64,000 nucleotides of DNA, taken from positions 150,042,001 through 150,106,000 of the forward strand of contig CM059431.1 in assembly GCA_030390025.1 (NCBI GenBank), read 5' to 3'. Source of the DNA: Squalus acanthias (Eukaryota). Position numbers and translations under genes: made by a program. Below, in pieces: positions 11,831 to 23,459 of this stretch (positions within the stretch are counted from its first letter, which is position 1; every line of letters starts with the position of its first letter). The notes below the pieces were generated by a model. That model was not told where the DNA came from. It was given only the letters and a program-made list of their open reading frames with translations, and did no database searches.

Positions 11831-12699
11831 TGGTAAGCAGCCAATAACCTGGGGAGCCAGCATCAGAAAGATGGGCTGCTGTTAGAACTGACCAGTGCAA
11901 ACTTTTTAATCCTAAAAGGGAACAGCCGGCCAAGTTAGAAATCCGCAGCAAGCCACAAATGTCGCAGACACACAAGCTGCAGCGCGTTGGACAGTGTGTT
12001 GTCTCACAGGAGAGTTCACTCCACCGATTATGTGGGGCTCAAGCACCCCCCCAGTGGCCAGAGCCCTAAGAAGGTCTCCCCGCACACAACATCAAAGGCT
12101 ACTTTGCCCACAGGTGTATCTGTTTAGAGGGTCCCACCCAAAGAGGGTTGCAACCCGAAGAAGAGCGCCCAAGAGCAGGGAGGTTCTAAAGTTGGGGATT
12201 CCCAGCCTACAGCCTCCAACAGTGAGGGTTTCACAGGAGAGGTAGTACTGGAAGAAGAGAGAGAGAAGGGTCCCCCGCCCGCAGCCTCAGGCTGGGAGGA
12301 GCACACAGATATTAACGAGGGCGCTGCAAACACACCAAAGGCGGTAGTGTGCTGCAGCACAGGACGCAGCTGGGATGTTAAGATACCCCCAGCGGTTTTG
12401 AGGAAGGCCTTCTGGGTCCGGCGGAACAGGCCGCACTACACCCAGGTGTACAAGCCATCCAGAGGCCACATAAGGAAGAGACTAAACAGGACTTTACCTG
12501 GCCGTCCGGAGACGGGGGGCAAATGTAAATAATTTTGGGTTTTTATGTAATTGCAGTTTTGGTGGTTGTGGGTTATCATTAGTTTAGTTGTTTGTAGAGT
12601 TTTTTTTAAGTTTAAGGGCTTGATTAATTATCCAGCCAGAGAAACTTTCTGGGACATGGATATATGTTTTGTGTGTGCCCCTACAGAAAGGACTTCGGG

Positions 12700-14676
12700 A
12701 TGACAAGGTTTCTGCTCCTGCTCGCCCTGGTAGGGGTGAGCATCGGCTACCGAGGTGACGTGGAGACTCCCACATCTATGGGTGCTCAGGAGTGAGAGCA
12801 CCAGTCGTCACCGCAGGGGGTGGCGAGCGGGGAGTGGAGGAGCTCGCCATCTACTTCCAGGAGGGAAGGTGGCCAGCGTGGCTGGGGTCCAACTCTGCTA
12901 AATACTCCAACCAGCCCGGGTTCACGTACGGGGAGGGCTCCCTCCCATGCCCCAGAATACAGGACATTGCCACAAGGGTCAGTGTCACCGAGGGGAAGCG
13001 TGTGTGCCTTACCTGAAAGCCCCTACCAACGACCCAATACCGAAAACCCTGGAAGAAAAGTGCCCTACCACCACCAAGGGACCAGGGAATGGGTTAGTCC
13101 TGGTACCAATCGAAAGAGTACTATACCAGGGGGTACACTATGAAGTAGCTTCAGTAATATTAAACCTTACCGAGGTATATTTACCTGAGTGGTGTCCTAA
13201 GGAAACGGAGCAGCTGTACCAGGCCCTGCTAAAGGAAATGTATAGGAAATTTTACGAATTTGATTTTGCCAATATAGACAAAGTAGAGCTGTACAGAATA
13301 CACCCTGAGAACCCTATGGGCACGGGTAGACAAAGAAGGGGAGCCTGAAATGATGTCTTCACTGCCTATAGTACAGAGTCCTCTGTAATAAATAGCCTGG
13401 ATGACATGGAATTACAGACACGGATAAATGGTTTAAAAACCCAGTTAAGAAAGATCCTGAAGAATGGGAACACAGTGGTAGGCTCAGAGCTACATGAGGA
13501 CCAAGCTATGACGGTTCATTTAAAGGAAATTATTGCAGAATTGGAAAGGCATGCCAAAACAGTAAATGCACTCATACGGGAGGATAGGAATGCATCGGAT
13601 CAGGCTGCACAGAATGAGGTGTGTGTGCTGTATGGGGCATGGTTGCTGGGCGAGGGCCGTAGCAACCTGGAGGATTTAAAGCAAGGTTTAGTCCCCTCCT
13701 GGATCAGCAACAAGCACCTAACAGACCTCCACGCGTTTAGTAATTCGCTGAGCCCATGCCAATTTCGTCTAGCCTCTGAAGCCTACCCTGTCCCAATAGA
13801 TTGTGGGGGTTCAAATCACACTATCATGGGGATAGTAGTGAGAATGCCGGTCATGAGTGGGACAGCCCGACCCGTACCGGTATACAGGGTGGAGAACATT
13901 GGAGTCATTCATGAGGGTGCACACATCAGTTTTACAGCGGTCCCACCTTATGTCATAAAGTGGGAGCACGCCATGACAGGTACTGACCTCTCCGGGTGCC
14001 GGAGCCGGGGTTCACACATAATACAGTGTCCCCAGCACTTGAACGCCTATTCCAAAAAACAGTGCGAGTTTAAAACTGCTGGCGCACGACCTATCAATAG
14101 TACCATGGAGGTGATGGCACACAGACATGTTTCGCCACAGGTAGCATATATAGGGGTGGGATATATTGTGTCACCACAGCTGCGTCCCACTAAGTGACAG
14201 CAGTTTCTGCTTTAAACCCGAGGCAGAAGTTCAAGTCGCCCAGGAACGGATTGTCCCCATTCCTTAACCCTCCACTGTTCACCTCACTGTAACAGAAAAC
14301 ATCACCTACCTGCAAAAGTATGTGACTTACTTTGGATGTAAAATTCCCCCTCTACCCGAACATCTTACCATCCTATTTAAAGCTGCAGGGATTTCACAAA
14401 AAACATTTCTACACCCTGGAACAGAAAACAGTTGAAATAGGGGCTGAGATTTTGGATATAGTAGTTCCACCCTGGTGGGATATTTTCGAGAATATAGAGG
14501 TGCCGTCCTGGATCAGGATGGCTTCCCATCTTTTGGTGGTCTGCCAGCTCGGGATAGTTCTCTACCTGCTGTGTACAAAGTGCAGGGGAAGGGACGGGGA
14601 GCTCCGCTACAGACAGGAAGGGACTTGGGAAGTGCATCAAAATAAAGGCTATTGCCAGGTTTGGAACGAACCTTGA
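12700..14676 (+). pseudogene. env: env, class I fusion glycoprotein of the F type (several stops and frameshifts)
   Basis: Acceptor ...gcccctacag at 12686; signal peptide MTRFLLLLALVGVSIG from ATG 12700; furin site RQRR at 13328-13339; heptad region; Cys-rich beta region; TM WIRMASHLLVVCQLGIVLYLLC. Confidence 0.85.
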
Positions 14677-14959
14677 ATTTTGTCTTTGAATAAAACAAAT
14701 TGTATGTGTGTTGTGTCATTTTTATGATGTGTATGATGTGTTTTTTCCAAGCTGTGCAGGTGTGTCGGACCCTCTCCGTGCTTGGATGTGAAATAAAGAT
14801 TGATTCTTACCTGTATGTAACTGAAACACAACTTTCAAAAGGGGAATGAATGTTTGGGTTTTTAGTTTAGGTAATATAGTCGAAGGTTGGTTTTCGGGGA
14901 TCAGAAATTTTGCTCACCTGTTAATGATACTAATTCAGTTTTATTATCAAACTGGAGGA

Positions 14960-16152
14960 TGTAGGCTTCGCAAAATCCCCCAGAACTCGAACAGAGCACT
15001 AAAGGGAGTGATTTTTGGACTTTTCATACAAACTTGGGATGATGGGCTCTCAGTGAAGTGATTTGATGTAAAAACCTATAGATCAGGGAAGAAAAACCTG
15101 AGGTAACTGATTTTTTTTTTATCTTATTGTTGGGAGAGACATTTTTTTCACAGGCACAAGCTGCGAGGGGCGTGGCAGGTCAGTGAACAGATCAAGCTGT
15201 CTGGGAATTGTTTCAGAAAAAGCAAAACTCAGAAACACATTCAAATATGGATCCCCGGTGCAAACAAAATGCTGGAAATCTAAGAACGATTCAATGACAA
15301 TATAACTTCTTTCACACAGTTTCATAGCCGTAATCCCATCAAAATAAACAATCAACCAGGTATCCACAGAACAGTTTTAAAAGCCCGCCAACAGAAGGAC
15401 AATAGGGTGGAGATTTGGTGCGTAGATAAGGCTGTGCTTAAATCGGAAATATATTAACTCTAAGCAAAAACCACCGGAACTGGCAAGCCCGCCAAAATCT
15501 AAACAATTGGACTAAGCAAGGTTCATTTACAATCAAAAAGGACTTCGTTTTCGTAAGTGGTTTTTTGGGAGCGAAAAAGAAACAGTATCATTTGAGAGCC
15601 TGTGCCATAATTTCTCTCTTTTTCGGACTGACTAACGACACGGACACTGCTCTCTCCCTGCTCCAGCAAAACTTACCACAAGCCACGAGGAAGAAGGCCA
15701 GAAAACCAGCACGCAAGAAGAAACCAGAGCGACTGCCTCAGTGACCATCAGACACCTCGCAGCAACATGGGGCTTACGGAGTCCTTTTAAACAAAAGACT
15801 CTAATATCCTGTCAAGGATTCGTTGGTGAGCATTATCCCTGATCTCCTGAAACCAAAACCCTAGCCAGATAGTGGGATCTTTGGGTGGGATAAGGTTTTG
15901 TTTATAATATTGTCATTTCCCTCGCTTGTACCGTGTGTTCCCCGTATCTGTGTTTAAATAATAAGTGTGTTTCAAGTTTGTTACCTTTTTCCTTCACTAA
16001 ATTAAGATTCTTTCATCAGAATCTGTTTACTGCAATTTTGTTCACAACCCCAAAATAAGCCCAAAGTCTAGGAACCGGAGGGGTTTTGGAGCGATTCGAA
16101 CCGCTCACTGTTTCAGAAAGCGAAGGCTGACACCATCAAGATACCCCTTACA
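14960..16152 (+). repeat. 3' LTR
   Basis: TGTAGGCTTCGC...ACCCCTTACA, preceded by a short purine-rich tract (aaactggagga) and followed by the GAAC TSD. Confidence 0.95.
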
Positions 16153-17899
16153 GAACCACGCAGAGAGAGATGAGCAAAGATCTCCAGACACCTCACGATC
16201 TTTTGATAAGATCACCTGAAAGCCCGAGAATGGCTTGGATCAGATGTCACGTGTGGCATGATATTGGGATACGGTTTTGTGCGTGAACGAACGAGTCTCA
16301 AACATGCTTCGTTATCGACAGCAGCACAACATGAAATGGCTAATGTGGCTCAGGAGAGTGAGACACTTCTTAAATCATAAAGGCCAGGACACATTCTCCA
16401 TAGAGAAACCGATTTTAAATATTCAGGATAGTGTTAAACATCCTGTCAGAGGCATTACAATTAAAAGTCAAGATAATGCTCATGAAATTAGGATTTCCTT
16501 TCCGCTAAATTTGTCGTCACCTTCAAGGCCTCTACTAAGTATTGAACAATGAAAGATTGTAGGGAGGCTAAAAACAACAGATATTAAGGGAGGCCGAGAC
16601 CTGTCTGTGTCTGGACCAGTTGGCCATGGTTGTATCCAAATCAGCGACAAGCTGAAGGTTTGAGACCAGGAGGCCATAACTTACAGGTTCCATAACAAAA
16701 CATGGATCCAAGTGAGAGGCAACCTCCAAGAGAAAGCAGAAGAAATCAAAAGGGTTTAATTTGTAATCAGTGATAAATAGAAGTGCAGCATCTCAATCGC
16801 ATAATTTCGGTGACAATAGAGAAAGAACCCTAAAGCAGGCTCCTTGGGATGATTGGGAGTCCCGTATGCAGGAGACCAGGAAGACCCCGCTGAACCAGGT
16901 GAGATGGGACACACCCTGACCCCAAACACTAAATTGGTCACTGAATTCATAGCGTTCAGTTAAAGACTTAATATCAGACTCGGACAAAAAGTAATTCGAG
17001 AACATTGTAAAATACTTCAATAACAACTTACAAGAAAACTTCAGCAAGTTATTTTAAAGTAACAAATGTCTTATGTTGATAAGTAATATTAACTATTGCT
17101 TTGCCAAGTACAAACGCTGATGGTGATCAACGTAACACTAAAACTTTTGTGAGACCAAAAGAAAGACATCCCACCTCACATACAGATCTCTACCTGTCCG
17201 ATCCAGCAAAATAACCCAAACGTTGATGGACTAGAAATAATTGAATCAGCAAATGTATTATATAATGATGTGTGTGTTGAAATTATACTGGTTGCGTTTA
17301 CGTTGATCTTGAATCTGTAAACCAGATTATGTGATGGGAGTTATTCACAATTAATAGGCAAAATGGAAGGAGAATTAGTAAATAATGTGCTAGTAAAGAA
17401 CAGAAAATAGGAACCAAGGGCTGAGGTAGACGAGGAGCAGAAGGAGAATCAGTTTAAAATCGAGAAGGATTGGCGATGAATAGGAGCCATGGCAAGGTTA
17501 GCGGGAGTTAGCAGAATACCTATAGAAAGTATGGAGGAACACGACGAGTTAATGAAGAGGCAATTGGAAAGATTGTTTGCAAACAATGAGGTTAACCAGA
17601 ATCAGGACCTTAATGGAGGAATCGTGTGTAGCCCCTATGTGACATTTGTGATGAATGTGGTACAGAATGGTCTTACTGCAATTATATAGGGCGCTGGGTG
17701 TGTCCCATTCCACCTGGTTCAGGGAGTCTTCCTGGTCTCCCGCATACGGGACTCACAGTATTCCCAAGGAACCGGCTTTAGGGATCTTTCTCTACTACCA
17801 CCGAAATAAAGCTTTTGAGAGGCCATACCTCGGTTTTTCACTGATTCCAAAACTAACCATTTTGAGGTCTTCTGCTTCATCATGGAGTTCACCATGGAT

Positions 17900-18875
17900 G
17901 TCACTCTGATATACGCCACACACAATACTTTAAAACTCTGATAAAGCGCAAACCCCTGAATTTAAGACTTTGATATACCCTACGCCCCACACTGTAACAC
18001 TCTGATTTACCCGGCATCACTCATTGTAACACTTTGATATACACAACACCCCTCACTGTAACACACTGAAATAGACCACACCCCTCACTGGAACATTCTG
18101 TTATACCCTAAACCCCTCACTGTAACACTCTGATTTACCACACATCACTCACTGTAACACTCTGATATACCACACACACCTCACTGTAATCCTTTCATAT
18201 ACCACACACCCCTCACTGTAATACTGATATATCTTACACGATTCTGATATAATCCGGTCCCCTCACTATAACACTCTGATATACTCCACCTCCATTACTG
18301 TAACCCACTCTGCTATACACCATACCAATCACTGTAACACTCTTATATAGCCCGCACCCCTCACTGGAACAGTATATTACACACCACTGCACTCAATGTA
18401 ACACTCTTATATAGCCCACACCCCACACTGTAACATACACCGATATACTTCACACACCTCAATGTAATACTCTAATATAACCCACACCCTCACTGTATCA
18501 TTATGATATTCCCACATCCCTCACTGTAATACACTTCGTTATCCCACATCCCTCGCTATAACACACTTATATATTCCACACCCATTACTCTAACACTGAT
18601 ATACCCCACACCCCTTACTTTAAACATCTGATATACCCTACAATTCTCACTCTCTCTTATATATCACACACGCCTCACTGTAACAATCTTACATACACCA
18701 CACCCCTCACTGTAACACTCTGATTCATGCCACACACTGGACTATTATTCCCACACCACTCTCTGTAATACTGATATACCTCACATCCCTCACTGTAGCA
18801 CTCTGATACATGCCACACTCTGGAAGGTTTCACCCCACACCACTCACTGTAATACTGACATAAGTCGCACCACTC
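17900..18875. repeat. Degenerate ~30-bp minisatellite (ccacacccctcactgtaacactctgatata)
   Basis: About 30 diverged units directly visible. Confidence 0.9.
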
Positions 18876-19134
18876 ACTGTTGCCACTGCCACTTTAATCC
18901 CATGGGCTTCAATTTTGGAAAAATGTGTTACTTTATCAAGCACCTTTTGCAAGTATAGGGAAATTGGGAAAGTGAAAGAAATATCAATCATAAAACCATA
19001 AAATTGGTGAGCCAAGTTGAGTTGACAATGTTTTTGGCGGAACATGATGCTCCGCTCTGATCACAGGCCTCGCCTGGTTTCAATCCGTGAATTTCATAAT
19101 CAGTGATTTTATTCCCATTTTATTATATATATTT

Positions 19135-19745
19135 ATTTGTTCTCAGGATATGGGCGGCGCTGTGAAGGCCGGTATTACTTGCCCATCCCTAGTTACCCAT
19201 GAGAAAATGGTGGGCCTTCATCTTGAGCCGCTGAAGTCCGTGTGGTGAAGGTGCTCCCACAAAACTGTTACGGAAGAAATTTCATGCTTTTGTCCCAGTG
19301 ACGATGAAGGAACGGCGATATATTTGAAGGGTACGTTAGGATAGTGGTTATGTTGCTGGACTCGTAAACCAGATGCGTGGATGAATGATCCTGAATTCAA
19401 GTCCCAACAGCTGTGGAATTTAAATTCGATTCATTAAACAAATCTGGAACAAAAGTTTAATGTCAGTAATGATGAACATGAAACTACCGGATTGTAGTAA
19501 AAACACAGCTGGTTCATTAATGTCCTTCAGGGAAGGAAATCTGCCGTCCTTACCCATCCTGGACACAATGTGCCTCTAAATCCACAGCAATGTGGTTGAT
19601 TATTAACTGCTCCTCTGAAATGTCCGAGCAAGCCACTCAATTGTATAAGGCATCGTACCACAACCTTCTCCAGGGCAATTACGGATGGGCAACAAACGCT
19701 TGCCTTGCCAGCGATGCCCACATTAGAAGAATGAATAAAAAAACA
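19135..19745. mobile_element. LINE 3' tail (-, 19135-19330) joined to a tRNA-type SINE (+, 19330-19745)
   Basis: Tail matches the 3' end of the 20175-22215 LINE. SINE head and body match 37260-37604. Confidence 0.65.
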
Positions 19746-19789
19746 TTAATTTATTATCATAATGTTGTACAAAGGGTTATAATGTTGTA

Positions 19790-20140
19790 ACCAGTGCCGT
19801 CATCTTTGTTACGGGCGCCGGAGCTGCCATTATTGCGCGGGGCGCCAGAGCCGCCATTTTTGTGCGTAGCGCCAGCGCCGCGATCTTTGTTAGGGGCGCC
19901 AGAGCCGCTATATTTGTGCCCGGCTCCGGAGCCGCCATCTTTGTGCGGAACGTGCGTTCTGCCATTTGGTGCTAGGTAACGGAACCACCAACTTTGTGCG
20001 GCGCGGCGGCGCCATTATCTTTGTGGGAGGAAACTGCGTCACCCTAGTTGTGACGGGCGCCGTTTGCGCCATCTTTGTGATGTGAATTTCCAGCGGGAGG
20101 TCGTGCGGCCAGCGGGAGGTCGTGCGGCCCGGGGATTGCG
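19790..20140. repeat. GC-rich ~27-bp tandem repeat with GCCATnTT (YY1-like) cores
   Basis: gccgccatctttgtgcggggcgcc variants, about 8 units. Confidence 0.7.
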
Positions 20141-20174
20141 GCTCTCCACAATATATCGAATGGCCCGGCCTATG

Positions 20175-22215
20175 GTTCACTCTACCATTACCACCAAGCA
20201 GGGGACCAACCCTGGTTCAACAACGAGTGTAGAAGAGCATGCCAGGAGCAGCACCAGGCGCAACTGAAAATGAGGTGCCAAACTGGAGAAGCTACAACAC
20301 AAGTCTACATGCATGCTAAAAAGCGGAAGCAGCATGCTATAGACAGGGCGAAGCATCCCAAAATGAACGCTTAGATCAAAGCTCTTCAGGCTTCCCACAT
20401 CCAGTCATGAATGGTGGGGGACACTTAAACAACTAACGGGAGAAGGAGGCTCCAAGAATATCCCCATCCTCAATGGTGGTGGAGCCCAGCACGTGAGTGC
20501 AAATGACATGGCTCAAGCGTTTACAACCAACTTTAGCCAGAACTGCCGAGGGGATGGACCATATCGGCCTACTCACGAGATCCCCACCATCACAGAAGCC
20601 AATCTTCAGCCAATTCCGTTCACTCCACGTGATATCAAGAAACGTCTGAGTGCACTGGATACAGAGAAGGCGATGGGCCCCCGACAACGTCCCGGCTATC
20701 GTGCAGAAGACTTGTGCTCCAGAACTAGACACGCCTCTAGCCAAGCTGTTCCAGTACAGCTACAATACTGGCATCTATCCGACAGTGTGGAAAACTGCCC
20801 AGGTATGTCCTGTCCACAAAAAGCAGGACAAATCCAAACCGGCCAATTAACGCCCCATCATCTACTCTCAATCCTCAACAAAGTGTTGGAAGGTGTCATC
20901 GACAGTGCTATCAAACGGCACACTCACCAATAACCTGCTCTCTGATTCCCAGTTTGGGTTCCGCCAAGACTACTCGGCTCCCAACCTCATTACAGACTTA
21001 GTGCAAACATGCACAAAGGAGTGGAATTCTGGCGGTGAGGGGAGAGTAACTGCCCTTGACTTCAAGGCAGCATTTGACCGAGTGTGGCATCAAGGAGCCC
21101 CTAAAACTGAAGTCAATGGGATTCAGGGGGAAAACGCTCCACTGGCTGGATTCATATCTAGCACAAAGGAAGATAGTTTTGGTGGTTGAAGGTCAATCAT
21201 CACAGCCCCATGATATCACTGCAGGAGTTCCTAAGGGCAGTGTCCTGGGCCCAACCATCTTCAGCTTGTCCATCAATGACCTTCCCTCCAACATAAGGTC
21301 AGAAATGGGGATGTTCGCTGGTTGACTGCACATTGTTCAGCGCCATTCACAACTCAACAGATAATGAAGCAGTCCATGCCAGCATGCAACAATACCTGCA
21401 CGACTTTCAGGCTTGGGCTGATAATTGGCAGGTAACATCCACACCACAGAACTGCCAGGCAATAACTATCTCCAACAAGCGAGAGTCTAAACACCTCCCC
21501 TTGACATTCAGTGGCATTACCATCGCCGAATCCCCCACTATCCACATCCTGGGTGTCACCATTAACCAGAAACTTAACTGCACCAGCCACATAAATATTG
21601 TTGAGCAAGAGCAGTTCAGAGGTTTGGTATTCTGCGCCGAGTGTCTTAACTGTGACTCCCCAAAGCCTTTCCACAATCTACAAGTCACAAATAAGGAGTG
21701 TGATGAAATACTCTTCACTTGCCTGGATGAGTGTAGCTCCAATAACAGTCAAGAAGCTCGACACCATCCAGGACAAAGCAGCCCGCTTGATTGGCATCCC
21801 ATCAAACAGATTAAACATTCATCACTCGACCACCGGCGTACCGTGGCTGCAGTGTATACCATCTACAGAATGCACTTCAGCAAATCGCCAAGGCTTCGTC
21901 GGCAGCACCTCCCAAACCCGATACCTCTTCCACCTAGAAGGACAAGGGAAGCAGGTGTATGGGAACACCACCACCTCCAAGTTCCCCTCCAAGTCACAAA
22001 ACATCCTGAAATAGAAAAATATCGCCCATCCTTCATCGTCGCTGGTACAAAATCTTGCAACTCCCTACCTAACAGCACTGTGGGAGTACGTTCACCACAC
22101 AGACTGAAGCTGTTCAAGAAGGCGGCTCACCACCACCTTCTCAAGGGCTAATAGGGATGGGCAATAATTGCTGGCATTTCCAGCGACGCCTAGATCCCAT
22201 ACACGAATAAAAATG
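20175..22215 (+). mobile_element. 5'-truncated LINE of a second CR1-group family (RT and 3' end), degenerate
   Basis: QFGFRQDYSA, ALDFKAAFDRVWHQG, GVPKGSVLGP. Ends with gaataaaaa ~55 bp from the GPCR stop codon. Confidence 0.85.
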
Positions 22216-22268
22216 TTAAAAAAAATCACACCAAGATAGCTGTCAGGCTGCAAATTATCCGTTTAACA

Positions 22269-23170
22269 TTATCCTTTAATGAATGTTACAATCAGAGTAA
22301 AGGGATATTTTCCCATATTCTTCAACTGCTCTCTGAACTTAGTCTGGGTCACGGCATAAATCCCTGTGTTTGTGCAGCAACTCAGCATCTGCAGCATCAA
22401 TCCCAATTCCTGTAAATAAAGAGGAGCATTTACAGACACAGGACTGATAGACCCTATCCGGCTCCATATATAAATCACCATAAACACTGCCCATAACAGG
22501 ATGAAATTGCCCGAGATAACAAGCAGTAAAGTGATGGATTTCCTGCGGCTCTCCATCTCTGGGTCTCTCTGACTCTCCCCAATGCAGGGACCCCGGAGTC
22601 TCCTGCGGGCTTTGCTGGCCACTAAAATGTGTCTGACTGTGAGAGCATTGAACAGCAGAATCAGAACAAATGGGACCGCCGGGGTGAGACTATAATGAAG
22701 GAGCTCGATTGCTGCCCAGGCACGTGATTTCATAACGTCGATTGTTACCTCACAAAACCAGGGCATGTTCCAAAGCCCATACCAAGTTTCGAACATAAAA
22801 TACCAGGAAATGTTCTTTGAGCCGCTCAGCACAGTCACTGTTCCCAGAATCACAGCCGCCGTTTTCTCCGTGCAATATTTCGTTTTCAGCTTCTGGCGAC
22901 AAATGGCCACAAATCGATCGAAGGTGAAAGTGACGGTGAACCAGACAGAACAGTCTGTGGCTGCATAAAGCAGGACGGCATGGATATTACACACGGGGAT
23001 GGATCGCACGAACTGAAAATGTTCCAAATAAACAATCGGAATGTGCCTCAATATCAGGTCGAGGAAAACGACCAGTAGATCCGCCGCTGCCATGGCCAGC
23101 AGGTAGCGAGTGACACATTTGGAGAGACCGCACTTTCCCCGAGACAGGATCATAATCGTCACTAAGTTCA
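22269..23170 (-). CDS. GPR139/GPR142-like rhodopsin-family GPCR, main exon (second half of TM1 to TM7), intact
   Basis: Acceptor ttgctcacAG|TG at 23171/23170 (phase 1). Motifs VNLVTIMILSR, LLAMAAADLL, TFDRFVAIC, NTGIYAVTQTKFR. 300 codons without a stop. Confidence 0.9.
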
Positions 23171-23459
23171 CTGTGAGCAAGGGAAATAAACAGTGACATT
23201 ATACATCAGGCTGGGAGGGGAAATAAAGAGGGAAATTATACATCAGGCTGGGAGCAGGAGCAGCAGTTTGAAGGAATTCGGGGAGAAATCAGCAACTCAT
23301 TAGCGACATTCAATTATATAATCTCATTGGATTACCCGTGAAGCTGAATACAGGTTTATTTTAAGAATAATCGGAAATACATTGAAGAATCGATCAATGA
23401 ATCGGGGCTGAATACAACAGGAAAGTAACAGATGTTTGATCAATGAGAGATTAATTGCT

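Larger units (their letters stand above)
8318..16152 (+). mobile_element. Endogenous LTR retroelement/provirus, internally deleted, lokiretrovirus-like (gag - pro - partial pol - F-type env)
   Basis: Paired 1193-bp LTRs, both TG...CA. 4-bp TSD GAAC (8314-8317 and 16153-16156), PBS, CCHC gag, DTGA protease, RNase H tail, env. Confidence 0.92.

Noticed and set aside
8318..16152. Endogenous foamy virus
   Set aside because: The env has foamy-like stretches and a 4-bp TSD, but gag has a CCHC knuckle, the PBS is not Lys-like, env has a short classical signal peptide, and there is no room for accessory genes after env.
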